From Octopus sinensis (lineage: Eukaryota), in NCBI RefSeq assembly GCF_006345805.1, contig NC_043005.1:23250001-23314000 (forward strand): a stretch of 64,000 nt of DNA, given 5' to 3'. This document shows positions 37,666 through 51,518 of the stretch, piece by piece (the stretch's first letter is position 1; each line of letters opens with the position of its first letter). The notes beneath the pieces are model-generated. The model was given only the letters and a program-made list of their open reading frames with translations, did not search any database and was not told where the DNA came from. A program made the translations under genes and the position numbers.

Positions 37666-40600
37666 TTAATGATGAAAATGTTAGTTATTTTTACCAAATG
37701 TTTCCCAACACAATTATTTTCAAAATATTTGAAATCTATCAAAAGTGCATTTTGTAAATGTGGTCCCAAGAGTGTTAAACACAGTAAATTATAGACAGTG
37801 ACAAAATAGTTCTGGGTATTTAGTTCACTGTTCTACCAATCTGACACTGTACCACCTGCTAAATTATTATAGAAAGAGTTTCTGTCTTCACTTGACTGAT
37901 CTGATATTAATATGGAGGAAAAGGAAAGAATGACTGTAATAAAAATGGTCTTTTAATCAGTGGCTGAAGGCTTTGAACAGCAAGTTGCCCAAGGCTGACA
38001 GCTACTTTTGAAGCTTTTCAGGAGGAAATACACACATAACATCTGTTCTTGTGTGACCAGTGAACTCAAACAAGGTCATGTTGAGTGACTGACTGCTTGG
38101 GAAACCAGGTGCTGTGAATATTTTGTGTTGTATGTGTGTAGCCTAACTATCTGCTTAGTTGACTGCTTGGAGATGGTTGCAGTGGGATAACCTTACACTT
38201 TAATAATCCATCCATTCTCATTCTCTGTCTCTCTCTCTATCTCTGTCTTTTCCTTTCAGATTCTTTCCCTTCTTCTGTGATGATTACTTCTCCGGTTCTT
38301 CTTTGCTTCACCAACCAGCCTGCCATCTATCTATCCACTCATCAGGCTAGGTTGCCAACTCACTAAGCAGCTAGCCAGTCAACCAAGCTAGCTAAGACAC
38401 CACTTCATACAATCACAACCAACACTTACTGGCAGGCGAACATTCCACGAGGGAGCCTGTATGTGGTCGCACAGCCTGTTAGAAGTAGCAGCTAAATCTT
38501 TTTCAAATCACATCCCAAACATCTTCAAAAAAAGAAAGGATGCTCTAGATAACGTAGCCCTCCTAGATGTCTGGGGGATGGAGAGGAAAGAAAAGAAAGA
38601 AGCTGGAATACTTTTGATCATGGGTCTGCTTTATTAGGGTTGACCTAGGGCTAAACAGCAACTGTTATATAGCGTATCAGTTGCCTTTTTAGCACCAGAC
38701 TAGCCCTGAGTAAGTTGACCTATGATCAATATATATATATATATACTATCTGATGCTCAAATCTCTTTAAATCTAATTAGCACACTAAAATAGGACATCA
38801 GTTAAACAAGTCAAAATACATAGTTGTTAGTTAGAAATTAACATTTTTGAAGTAAAATCTGTTGGATGGATGTACTCAGAAATTGAACTCTCCATCAGGT
38901 TATCTCATACTTTTTTTCCCTCTATCACATAGACCCTCCCCATTGCTGGTGGAACAAATGAATGAATGAATGAATGAATGAATGAAAGAATGAAAGGATG
39001 AAAGAATAACTGTCTGCTTGAGAAAACCAGGTGTTATTATATGAATACTGCTGTTTGGCTGAGGCTGAAGCTGTTTTGGCTGTTTGGTTGTTTGAACCGA
39101 CTGCCTACCTGCTTAGTGACTGCATTAACAGTGGGAGAAAAAGAGGCTGTGGGTGTAAAAGATTGTTGTAGTAACAATAATTACACAAAAAAGAGGGAAG
39201 TGAATAGATTTCAGAACAGTGGATCATTCTATCTATTCCCTCTACTTTCTAAAGAGCAAATAGACAAATAAATGAATATTTTTTTTTTAAATCATCCAAA
39301 TTTTAGCAGTAATAGTTACAGTAGTTTATATATGAATTTCCAAAGTTAAACTAAATGGCCTCATTTAAAAAAAAAAGTAAATAAAATAGAATTATCATTA
39401 AAAAAAATTCAAAATACTAATAAGTGGTGTAAAACTAACTCAGGAAATTGAAAATATTGATTTGTAGCCATACAACACAAGGCCACATATTTAGGGAGTG
39501 GGTTTGTTCAGTCATTTAAATCGATCTTGACTGGTAAAGTGTTTTAAGAGCCCTGAAAGGATGACAGACAAAGTTGACCTCAACAGGAGTTGAACTTAGA
39601 ATGTAAAGGGCTGTAATTATAAATATTGCGAGGTATTTTATCTGCAACCCAAACTTTTCTGGCAAACCACTTATTGAAAATACCGATTTCTAACCATAAA
39701 AACTTGTGTTCTAGATGAATGCTACTTAAATTTACTGGCTTTGGAAAGATGAAAGATAAAGTTGACTTGAGTATTATTTGGGCTTAAAACATGAAGAAAC
39801 TCATCTAAATATCATGAGGGAATATCTTTACCTTCAATGCTCCACTGATTCTTCCTTATGCCACACTTTCAAAATTGAACATTTGATATAGAACAGCCAT
39901 AATGTTTTGAGACTCTTAAGTATTTCAAATTTTTTCATAACAAATTAAAAAGTTTTGGCTTTATTTAACTAACCCCCCATACTCCTCCTGGTCCCTAGTT
40001 TACTTCTTTCAGGTAGGGAGTTGCTAGAAACATTAGAACTAAATGGCCATTGAGGTTGCTGTTGCAGATTTTTTTCCCTCAATCTTTTTACTCAGGGGGG
40101 TGGGGGAGGCAGTGTGGAGGGGAGAGGAAGGCATTATCATACTAGAGATCTGACTTGAATACTTAAAACACAGTGAACTTTATAAAAAGCACACAAGGTG
40201 CTAGGTGGTAGTGTTAGACCAAATTATGAATCAAATCTACCATCAAAGTAGGCCATGGTAGGATTTGAACTCAGAATGCAAAAGTCTAGAACAGAGACTG
40301 CAAGGAATCTGGTCCAATGTTCTTATATGTTCATCAGTCCTATGTCCTACATTGCTATTTTTTAATTGGTCTCAAAAGGATAAACGGCAATGTTATCTTG
40401 GCAGGACTTGAATTCATAAAGATTCAGAACAAACATTGATTACATCAACCCCAGTGTTCAACTGGTTCTTATCTTAAATCGACCTTCATGGAATTTGAAC
40501 TCAGAACATAAGATGGATGAATTGCTGCTAAACATTTTGCTTGGCATGCTAACGATCCTGCCAATTCACTGCCTTAGTCAGAACAAATATTATGAAACAT

Positions 40601-41094
40601 TCTACTTGATTATCTAACAACTTTGCCAGTTCCCAGCCTGAGTAGAGTATGATGAAATGCATTTTCAGTTCTGTTTTCTTTATCTTTTACTCAGGGAAGA
40701 AGGCGGGACCCATGATCTGTTACAGAGTCTCCAAGACTGGTGGGAAGAGGGAGGAAGGCATCCATAAAACCTGGCTTCAATGAGTTAAGTAGGCCATGGC
40801 AGAATTTGAACTCAAAATGCAAATAGCTGGAACAAAACAATCTTACAGCTCCACCTATTAATCACTTAGTATCGGTATTATCTAATATTTGTTTATGTCT
40901 AAGACTACAGTTCCAAAATTTTCCCTTTTAAAAACGGTAGAGTAATATTTGAAAGAGACTTGGCTGCTATTTCTAGCAGGTTTCTAATAAATATTTAGAG
41001 GTTCCAGAGCTAAACAGTAGAACTTGCAGTCTCCATACACCAAGTTAAATTTCTTATTAGAATCAATTTTGCATTTCTTCTTTCTATTGGGTGC

Positions 41095-41620
41095 TGGTGT
41101 TGTTTGACCCCCAGCTCAGTCCTGATCCAACAGACTGATGATGAAATAAGCTCCATCCATGACCACTCAGTCATTTTCTAAACAGTTTAAGATCACATTA
41201 TCCAAGGAGTCCTATTTTGTTTTTCAGTCTCAGGTCAGACCTAGGCCAGCTGACCTGTAATGAAAAGTGTTTCAACCATGACCACCCTTTCTTTTGTTAA
41301 CACAGTTTATCTACAGCTTAATTATCTCATGTGTCCTTCCTTGTTGTTGTTGTTGTTTAGTTCCAGGTCAGTCCTGATCTGGCCAAAAAAAGAAAAGGAC
41401 TGTCCTATTCTTTTTACAGATATAACTTTGCTATAAAGACTAATGTGTTCTTCCTTCAGGTTGTTTAACCCCTGGTCAATTTTGATTCAACAGACCTGAC
41501 CATCATGAACTTTTTCCAGACATAATGTGCCTGGGACAACCTTATCTAATACGTCCTTCTATTTTTTGTAGTAGAAAGTGATTTTGAGGGAGATATGGCT
41601 GCTATTTATTGCAGGTTAAA
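41095..41620 (+). repeat. Degenerate tandem array (~110-130-bp unit) of a dispersed repeat
   Basis: Recurring gtt..cc...agtcctgatc..cagac..atga..catgacca..acattatc..gtcct motif; single copies near 7170 and 54260. Confidence 0.55.
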
Positions 41621-41937
41621 TGAAAACATAAAGTCTTTTGTTGGTTATGAAAACATAAAGTCTTTTGTTAACTACCAGTAATATGCTGGGATTGATTCAA
41701 TCATTTTTATACCCATCCTTGAAAAAGGTAAAAAATAATAATAAAGGTTTATATCAGTAAGACATGTCCCCCAACAAACTTTCTCTTTGTTATTTTATCC
41801 CAGTACTCATTCTTACAGGTTTTCTGTCTCTAACACAAAACATGTTGATACATGAATTGTTTGTAGCCAGTTTTTATCAAAATGGGTACATGAATTGATT
41901 GTGCATACAGTACACATGAGCATACACACACACTCTT

Positions 41938-41970
<33 letters not shown>

Positions 41971-42932
41971 AACATTGCTGTTCCTGCCTCATCTGCCCCA
42001 CCCCCAACCACTCCATCATTGTACTGCATTATTCTGTCACTGTAACTAATGAAAGCATAACCCATTGCTACATAATATCATTACCCTTTCTGTAGCTACT
42101 AGTCATCCTTCTCTCTCCCCTAAGCCATTTGCTACTAGCCTCCATCTCTCATTCTCATCACTGTACCCAACCATACCTTCACCCACCACGACTACCTTCA
42201 CTCACTATTTACCTGTGACCACCACCACCACCCCACCCTTGTTTCTACCCATCACTTGCTCCTCTCCCCAGCTCTAGTAATCTTTACTCACCCTATCTGA
42301 TCTTTCTGTCACCATGCTCTCTTCTGTTCACCTTAAAGGTATGCTCTGGCTCTTCATCACCATCATACTTATCTCTCTTTCTATTACCACTTCACTCCAC
42401 CACCTACCCACCCATGGGTGGAGTAGTAGCCCCACACCCCCGCCCACCAACCGCCTTTACTCCTACTGAACTGATCATACTGTCCTCCTTATCACTCACT
42501 TATTCACTCTCACTAATCCCTGACACTACTCATTTTCTTTCCCTTCTCTTATTCCCTTGCTTGTCAGTGTCTCTGTTAGTTTCTCCACTAAAACCATCCA
42601 ACAATAATAAACCTGTTCCTTCCATTGTACTTTAACTTCTTAACATCTTGCTTAAAGCCTTTGTTCTTTCTCCTATTCCCCCTCTTTGCCATGGGAGCTC
42701 TTTAGTTTTGTGAGTTACAAGGTGACCTCACAAGTATTGTTTCCATGAAAAAAAAAGCATTCAGTAAACTCTATAAAATGGTTGGCATTAGGGCATTAGG
42801 AAGGCATCCAACAATATTATTCATGCCAAAATTGGGGCATTGGAACAAGATGACATCTGCCAACCTACTGGATCTTGTTAACCCATTCAACAACCACTAC
42901 CAACATGGAAAGCAGATGTAAAATGATGATGA

Positions 42933-42984
<52 letters not shown>

Positions 42985-43269
42985 CTTGATAGAAATATTT
43001 TTGATTTTATCCAGTTTCCATCTACCAAATGCATTCACAAGATTTTAGCTAGTCCAAGTATATAAAAGAAGATGCTTGCCCAAAGTATCACACAATGGGA
43101 CTGAATTGAAAACCATGTGATTGAGAAGTGAAATTCCGAACCATATAGCCATAACTTTAACTGTACACACACACACACACACAATTGTGCATGCACACGC
43201 ATGTGTATGTATATAAAGTGAGAAAGGGTTGGGCAATATCATCTACCTCACCCTCTCATCCCTTCATAT

Positions 43270-43845
43270 CTGATTCCAGTGGCAAGACAAAGTCAAGACA
43301 ACAAAAGATAGGTCAGAATGCAGTGGAGGCTGCAGTGTCCTTCGTGTCTCACTGTGCCCCGTTTGTACTCCACAACACTTGCTGGTCCACTTCGCTCCAT
43401 GTTGAATCAATCTGGTGGTTTCCACTGCACAATCTGCTGACCCCAGTCTTCATATGCATAGTTAAACAAGTTCTAGCTCACCATGGATTGAAAGCCATTG
43501 GATATTCTCACCATAGGTCAGCTGACTTGAACCACAGGTGTAAGCTGAGGACCAAAGTAGGCTAACTACTCTGAAGAGCATTGCATGTTCCTCCATCAGA
43601 GGTACAACCCAACCCAAAGGACTAATTAACTGATGCCTATGGATTTCCCTCAGAAGAAAGTGCCATGCTACCATCATCAGTGCATACACCTTCTCCATGA
43701 CTACAACCACAACAGTCATCTACTGCTGGACACTATGCAGCACATGACCTGCTGATCATCAACAGTGTTTCACCTACCCAACCACAAAAAGACAAATCAA
43801 TATCCCAGTATGAAGTACAGATGAGAGAAGCAGTATTAAACTCCC
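43270..43845 (+). mobile_element. RTE/BovB-type LINE 5' region and APE relic
   Basis: Frame reading ..CHATIISAYTF (cf. ATIISAYAPT) and CA.HDLLI.N..F.LP-like segments, with stops and frameshifts. Confidence 0.5.
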
Positions 43846-44030
43846 TCATACATCAAATAGCGCAACAGCCACAGTAAAAGCACATGTAGGAATGGTGCTA
43901 TAATATCCCACCACCCTGAAGAAACCAACTGAATAAGAAAGTAGTGAAAAAGGTTCAAAATCATGGTGGTGCTCCAACACAGCTCTACCCACATGGCTGA
44001 AAAGAAAAAGAAAATTAAAGAAAAAAGATA

Positions 44031-45292
44031 TCATCATCATCATCATCATCATCATCATTTAGCGTCCGTTTTCCATGCTAGCATGGGTTGGACGGTTCTA
44101 CTGGGGTCTGTGAAGCCAGAAGGCTTCATCAGGCCCAGTCAAATCTGGCAGTGTTTCTACGGCTGGATGCCCTTCCTAACGCCAACCACTCCGTGAGTGT
44201 AGTGGGTGCTTTTTACGTGCCACCCGCACTGGTGCCAGACAGAGCTGGCAAACGGCCACGAACGGATGGTGCTTTTTATGTGCCACCGGCACGAGGGCCA
44301 GGCGAGGCTGGCAACGGACACGAAACGGGGCGGTGCTGGCAACGGTCGCGAAACGGAAAGTTCTCTTACATGCCACCAGCACTGGTAACACATCTGCAAT
44401 TTCCATTGATCGATTTCGATTCTGATCCTCACTTGCCTCAATGGGTCTTCACAAGCAGAGTTTCGACATGCCACCGGCACTGGTAGCACATCCGCAATTT
44501 CCATTGATCGATTTCGATTCTGATCCTCACTTGCCTCAACACGTCTTCACAAGTAGAGTTTTGTGTCCCAAGAAGGGAAGGTATGCATACGTAGGCTGGC
44601 TCCATCCCATGTAGAAGGCCACGGGTTGTGGACTCACTTGTCCTGCCGGGTCTTCTCGCGCACAGCACACTTCCAGAGGTCTCGGTCTCTAGTCATTTCC
44701 TCAGTGAGACCTAAAGTTCGAAGGTCGTGCTTCACCACCTTGTCCCAGGTTTTCCTGGGTCTGCCTCTTCCACAGGTTCCCTCAACCGCTAGGGTGTGGC
44801 ACTTTTTCACACAACTATCTTCATCCATTCTCGCCACATGACCATACCAGCGCAAACGTCTCTCTTGCACACCACAACTGATGCTTCTTAGGTCCAGCTT
44901 TTCTCTCAAGGTACTTACACCCTGCCGAGTGTGAGTACCGGCATTACACATCCATCGGAGCATACTGGCTTCATTTCTAGCGAGCTTACGCATATCCTCA
45001 GCAGTCACGGCCCATGTTTCACTGCCATGTAGCATGGCTGTTCATACACACGCATCATACAGTCTGCCTTTCACTCTGTGCGAGAGGCCTTTTGTCACCA
45101 GCAGAGGTAAGAGCTCTCTGAACTTTGCCCAAGCTATTCTTACTCTAGCAGTTACACTTTCAGCACACCCGCCCCCGCTGCTGACTTGGTCACCTAGGTA
45201 ACGGAAACTATCAACTATTTCAAGTTTTTCTCCCTGGAAAGTGACGGAAGTTGGTCTCAGAGCATTTTCAGTGTTTATTGTTCCTGAGCATC

Positions 45293-45297
<5 letters not shown>
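44031..45297 (-). mobile_element. RTE LINE, 5'-truncated: RT C-terminus, 3' UTR and (GAT)n tail
   Basis: Same-frame ORFs 45042-45297 (FRYLGDQ, RVRIAWAKF) and 44634-45035 (LHGSETW, RRLRWYGHV, RGRPRKTW) separated by one stop; 5' end abuts (TA)n. Confidence 0.92.
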
Positions 45298-45361
<64 letters not shown>

Positions 45362-45443
45362 CACATACATACATACATACTACATACATACATACTACAT
45401 ACATACATACTACATACATACATACATACATACATACATACAT

Positions 45444-45504
<61 letters not shown>

Positions 45505-45526
45505 TAGATAGATAAAGATATAGATA
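45298..45526. repeat. Compound (TA)n/(CATA)n/(CAGA)n microsatellite
   Basis: Direct inspection. Confidence 0.95.
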
Positions 45527-45528
45527 TA

Positions 45529-45810
45529 TTGGGTTGGCAACTAAGTTCTTGCTGTTTTTCTAAATTTAAATTTTTTAAAAGGTTTAATAAAAAATAACAA
45601 CTAATTAATCAATAATGTATTCACCCTTATTGTTTACAACTTATTCCCAATGTTTAACAAGGTTTTCAACACCTGTTGGTAGAAATCACCCGATTTCGAA
45701 TAAAAAAATTGATCCAACCAAGCTCTCAATTCTGCATTATTGAACGAAACTCCGCACATAGTATTTGAAAGAGATTGAAAGAGGTGGAAATCTGTTGGTG
45801 CCAAATGAGG
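45529..45810 (-). mobile_element. Mariner 3' end (right TIR plus transposase C-terminus)
   Basis: TA|ttgggttggcaactaagttc; minus-strand translation HLAPTDFHLFQSLSN..WLDQFF..DFY. Confidence 0.8.
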
Positions 45811-45818
45811 AAAAATTA

Positions 45819-46430
45819 TTGGGCTGGCAACTAAGTTCCTGCCGTTTTTTAAAATTTTGGAATTTATTGCGTTTTTAAATTTTGGAATCTATTTTTCTCG
45901 AGAATTCTTTTTCTGAATCATTTTGGAATCTATTTTGTTTTTTTTTCTAGTTAATTTTAGTTAATTTTTGTTTATTTTCAGATCATTAAAATGGAATGTC
46001 AAGTTAAGAAAAATGAGCATTTTCAACACCTCTTTCTTTTTGCTTTTAATCAAGGTTCTAAGGCCGCAAAAGCTGCTTGCAACATTTGTGCTGTGTATGG
46101 AGAGGGTGCCATAGCTGAGAGAACCACTCGTGATTGCTATGCCAAGTTCAAAAATGGAAATTTTGACCTCAAAGACGCACCTCGTTCTGGCCGTCCAGTT
46201 GAGTTCAATGAAGAGCAAATAAACCAACTTTTGGACGAAAATTCTCGTCAGACAACAAGGGAACAGGCAGAGAAAATGGAATGCTCCCACACTAGTATAG
46301 AGAAGTATCTTCACTCGATGGAAAGGTTCAGAAGTATGAAGCATGGGTTCCGCATGCTTTAAGTGACAACAACAAAAATCAATGAGCCACGATCTCTGCT
46401 GGTTTGCTTGCTTGTCACCTCTCAACTCAT
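45819..46430 (+). mobile_element. Mariner 5' half (left TIR plus HTH region of transposase)
   Basis: TA|ttgggctggcaactaagttcc; ORF 45991-46362 with FAFNQG..ICAVYG..KFKNGNFDLKDAPRSGRP; frameshifted WVPHAL motif. Confidence 0.88.
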
Positions 46431-46656
46431 GTATGTATATGTATAGGTGTGTATGTGTGTGTGCGTGGGTTGTGTGTGTGCATAGGTTGTGTGTGTAGGG
46501 GTTTGTAGTGTTTGTGTAGGCGTAATGTGCATGCGTGTGCTTGTGTGTGTGTGTGTGCTTACGTGCGTGTATGTGCATGTGTGTTTGTGCCCATGTGTGT
46601 ATAATTGTGTGCGTGTCTGTATGTGTATTGTTTGTTGGAAGTATATGTGCGAACCT

Positions 46657-46694
<38 letters not shown>

Positions 46695-47209
46695 GGAATG
46701 TGTGTGTGTGTATGTGTCTGTATCTGTGTGTATACACATACACACACACATATATCTAAAACAATAAAAAATTTGGGGGGTAAAAGACACCACTGCTGAA
46801 TAGAAAGTACTCAATCTCAATATGGAACGTATGTAGAGTGAAAGGGTTTTTTATTGATAAAATTGACATTTCTGGGTTCATTGTGCTGTTTGATACATGA
46901 AACAAAGACGAAATGTGAATGAACTCATCTAAAATAGTAACTGAATCAAATTCAAAACAAACCAAAACAACTCTAACGGTTAAACATGTCAATGTGAAAT
47001 TAACATCGATGGATTTACAGCTGTTAATAATGGTGAATATGAACATGAAATAAATATATAAATGGAATAACAAGAAGATACTTGCTGATATAAACATGCA
47101 TACACTGATATAAGCCATTGTAAGCTATGTTGAGGATGATCAGGTTGTAAAATTTTTATGACTTAAATTTTCTGTGAACTGCCATCACCACCCTCCTACT
47201 CCTCCTCTT

Positions 47210-47650
47210 TCTCATCATCATCATCATCATCACCATCACCACTATCATCATCATAAAACATTCACTTTTCCATGCTTGCATCATAGGCCAAACAGAATCC
47301 ATTGAGAAGGTTTTCTAAGGACAGATGTCATTCCTGTTGGCAAGCCTCATGTGTTTCCAAGTAAAGTAACATTTTCCTCACAGTCGGACATATTTTTCAT
47401 AGAAAACTGGAAATGAATAACATTGTTTATATGACAGTGATGCTCATTTACAACCATCATGGGATGTCAAGGCAAGAGGGCACACATACATATACTCAAT
47501 GGGTTTCTTTCAATTTCTGTCTGCCAAATCCACAGGGCACTGGTTGGCCCTGGGCTGTAGTAGAAGAGACTTGCCCAAGATAATGCATAGTGGGAATGAA
47601 CCTGAGACAACATGGTTGGGAAGCAAGCTTTTCACCCACACAGCCACATT
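47210..47650 (-). mobile_element. SINE family B (degenerate)
   Basis: Reverse complement of 8132-8568 organisation. Confidence 0.65.
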
Positions 47651-48565
47651 TAAATGCAGCTCTGAATATTTTCTGAATGGCAGCTGAGTAATGGGGTATT
47701 AGCAAAATCAATACAATAAGCCCTCTCTAGTGCAAAGATTACAAACTTATTATTCCTTTGTTCTGATTCAGTTCTATACTGAATTATATTATACATTGAA
47801 TTATCCTTTAATGATTAAATTTATGAAGCTAAAAAAGTTTGTTTGCTTCTGTTGTGGTTCTTGAAGGAATTAGTGTACAAATAAATTCTTGACTTAAATG
47901 GTTCTGAGGTCATACAAATATAAGCTTTTGTGTTGATATTGGTTCAACTAAATGTAAAAACATAATATCTTTGGCAATGCAGTTAGATTATATAGAGAAA
48001 TTGCATAGGTTGGTGTTGTACTGGTTAATGGTTTTTGTTATGTGTGTTGGTTAATTCTAGAGGTGTTATGATATGCTAAATTACACTTAAATTTTGAAAT
48101 AGTTGAATACAAAAGTTTGTTAGTATCTTTATTAAAGATCTGTTGATATTTGTAACTTAAGGGCAAACTGACAGAATTGTTAGCATATGGGGTGAAATGC
48201 TTAGTGTCATTTCATCTGTCTTCTTGTTCTGAGTTCAAATACTGCCAAGATCAACTATGCCGTTCATCCTTTTGGGGTTAATCAGTATCAATTAAGTACT
48301 GGGGGTCGATGTAGTTGACTTACCCCCTAGCCCAAAATTGCTGGCCTTGTGCCAAAATTTAAAATTGACATTTATAGTTTAAGGAGAAATATTTCTTTAG
48401 GAATTTAAAGTTTTGAGCCAAGAGTGTAATACTGAGCAGAGCTGAGTACAAGGTTATGCTTCTTTTCCTGCTTTTGTTTTTATTGGAGTTGGAGGTAGGG
48501 GTTACTGTGCAATAGATTTTATCCTTAAAGCCTCTTCTGGCTACGTCTTTATTGTAATATTTGGG

Positions 48566-49078
48566 ATCATCATCATCATCATCATCGTTTAGCGTCCGTT
48601 TTCCATGCTAGCATGGGTTGGACGGTTCTACTGGGGTCTGTGAAGCCAGAAGGCTTCATCAGGCCCAGTCAAATCTGGCAGTGTTTCTACGGCTGGATGC
48701 TCTTCCTAACGCCAACCACTCCGTGAGTGTAGTGGGTGCTTTTTACGTGCCACTGGCACAGGTGCCAGACAGAGCTGGCAAACGGCCACGAACGGATGGT
48801 GCTTTTTATGTGCCACCGGCACGAGGGCCAGGCGAGGCTGGCAACGGACACGAAATGGGGCGGTGCTGGCAACGGTCGTGAAACGGAAGGTTCTCTTACA
48901 TGCCACCGGCACTGGTAACACATCTGCAATTTCCATTGATCGATTTCCATTCTGATCCTCACTTGCCTCAACGGGTCTTCACAAGTAGAGTTTCGACATG
49001 CCACCGGCACAGGTAACACATCTGCAATTTCCATTGATCGATTTCAATTCTGATCCTCACTTGCCTCAACAGGTCTTG
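48566..49078 (-). mobile_element. RTE LINE 3' UTR-only copy
   Basis: Near-identical to 44031-44545, including the 98-bp tandem duplication. Confidence 0.9.
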
Positions 49079-50244
49079 AAAAATATTTTCATTAGCTGTT
49101 TGGGATGTGATTGTTAATATGATGTCCACAAGCAGTTAGAATGTCTATGCTATAATATAGCATTTCATTAGGATTGTGGTATAAGAAATGAAAAGAACTG
49201 GGGAAATCCAGGGTAACATCCAGATAACTGACTTTTGTGGGATGAATTGCAATGATTGTTTGGAGTCTAAGTCTTTAAAGAAGTAGCAGAGATTGTTTCT
49301 GAATCTATCAGCGTGGGTTGACATTATTTAGAATTTAAAGTACATCATCTCAATAAAGACTGTCAGGAAAGCAGGTTTTTATTTTATGCAGTATGTAGAG
49401 GACCCCACCAAGGTTGCTATTTTCAGTAGAGTCCAGGATACCCACACTAACATTGAAGGATTTGTTTGTTAAATTTCTAATTGATCCATAAGTTACTGTT
49501 TCATTTCACAACCAATTTTCAGGCATGTATAATAATTACATTTTCTCTTTCTGTGATGTCGGCAATGGATTTAGCATAATTAATGGCATTAGTTAATATG
49601 AGTAGCACTCTGATGTGCAGCAGTCACAAATGTCAAACTGGAAAAGTTTGCATCCATTTTATTGGAAATTGCCTTAAAACCATTTAATTACTTCCACTTT
49701 AAAATTCCAAAGAAATAAAGGTGAAACCTCTCTTACTTCAGGGATCACGTTATCAAGGACATGTTTATTGATCCAGCCTATATTGGTTTTTGTAGGGTTG
49801 ATTAGTCTAATTGTTGGGTTGAGGCTGAGTTCTATTTTATAAACTATACACATAAAGAAAAATCCTTTGGGTGAAAGGAGTTTGATGTGGTCATTGATTA
49901 GAAGTTCAGAAGTTATCTGCTCCTACCCCTCCAGTCATTAAGGAAGTTCCAATCATTTTTTTTATTGTAGATACTACTAATGGAACTGAGGATAAATTTC
50001 TTGTATATCTTACAATGTATTTGACAATGATATTTTAGTTTATTTAATTTGATGAAGAAATCATATAATTTTTTTTGCTTTGATAATTTCTGGCTTTATT
50101 TTGAGTCATTATTAAAAGCCTGGTGTATGTATCATCAAGGCAAACTTGAAACTCCTTCTTCATTGTCTAAGGTTTCAGCTTCATAGAGGAGAATGCTTTT
50201 TTACATATACTCTGAAGAAGACAAACCTTATTGACCTAGAAATA

Positions 50245-51518
50245 TTAGGTTGTCAAGAAAGTTCTTGCCGTTTTTAACCTTTAAATTCAGATGCACATAT
50301 CTTGGCTCAAACAAAACTTTATTAATTGAAATAAAACCATCAGAATCAACACACTTTTGCCAACACGAAACAAATTTATTTATGCCAGTAGCATAAAAAT
50401 CCTGTGTTCTGGTGGCGATGAAGTTGTTGAAGGTGTGTTTGGCATCGTCTTGGTTTTTAAAGCATTTCTCATGCAGGAAGTTGTCAAGATGCTTGAAAAA
50501 GTGGTAGTCGGTAGACAAGAGGTCTGGTGAGTTTGGCAGATGAGATAGAGTTTTGTAGCCCAATTCGTTCAACTTCTGCAGGGTCAGTTGTGTGACGTGT
50601 GGTCAAACGTCGTGGAGAAGAATTGGTCCTTTTCTGTTGACCAATGCTGACTGTTGTTGTTGGAGTTTCTAATGCATTTCATCCATTTGGTGACAGTACT
50701 TCTCCACCGTAATGGTTTTGCCTGGATCCAAAAAGCTGTGATGGATGACACTGGCTGCAGACCACCAAACAGTCACCATGACCTTCTTTTGGTGGAACTT
50801 TGGCTTCGGGAAGTGTTGTGGAGCTTCGTTGGCATCCAACCACTGAGCAGAGCATTGCCAGTTGTTGTAAAGAATCCACTTTTCATCGCAAGTCACAATC
50901 TGGTCGAGAAATAGGTCGTTTTGTTGCGTAAAAGAAGAGAAGACAACTCTTCAAAACAGCATATTTTTTTTGGTGTTGTCATTCAATTCATGCAGTACCA
51001 ATTTCTCAAGTATTTTTGTTTTTCCAATCTCTTTCAAGCAGTTGGAAATTGTCATCTAATTCAGAAGCAAGCTCTCAAACAGTTGTGTGTGGATTGGCTT
51101 TGACTAAGGCTCTTAGGTGATCGTTGTCAACATCCGATGGCCAGCTACTACACTTATCATCTTCAAGACTCTCGTCACTGCTACAAAATTTCTTGAACCA
51201 CCATTGTGCTGTACATTTATTAGTGGTTCCTGGGCCAAATGCATCGATGATATCGTGAGCTGTTTCAGCAGTTTTTCGATCTAGCTTAAACTGGAATAAG
51301 AAAATTGTGCAAATTTGCTTTTTGTCCATGTTGTATTCAACATTCTGGAAAAAATAGCCTAATTATTCAAAAAGAGAAAGAGTAACATGATTAGATAGAG
51401 TGAAAAATGGGCTTTAAAATTATATATAAAGTCAAAGTAATTTAATGAAAATTAATTTGAAAATACACCATTTAAAACCAAAATTAAAAATTCCACAAGA
51501 ACTTTCTTGAAAACCTAA
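50245..51518 (-). mobile_element. Full-length (1274 bp) decayed mariner element
   Basis: TIRs ttaggttgtcaagaaagttcttg / caagaactttcttgaaaacctaa, TA flanks; ORF pieces 51075-51329 (HTH), 50669-50896 (TCDEKW), 50228-50572 (SPDLLSTDYHFF). Confidence 0.92.

Noticed and set aside
44105-44135. CUGAUGA-agcc/ggct on the minus strand of the RTE 3' UTR (also at ~48640-48665)
   Set aside because: No GAAA after the stem, so it is a plain hairpin and not a hammerhead.
50205-50244. CUGAAGA...GAAA next to the mariner left end
   Set aside because: No valid stem II or stem I even after removing the mariner.
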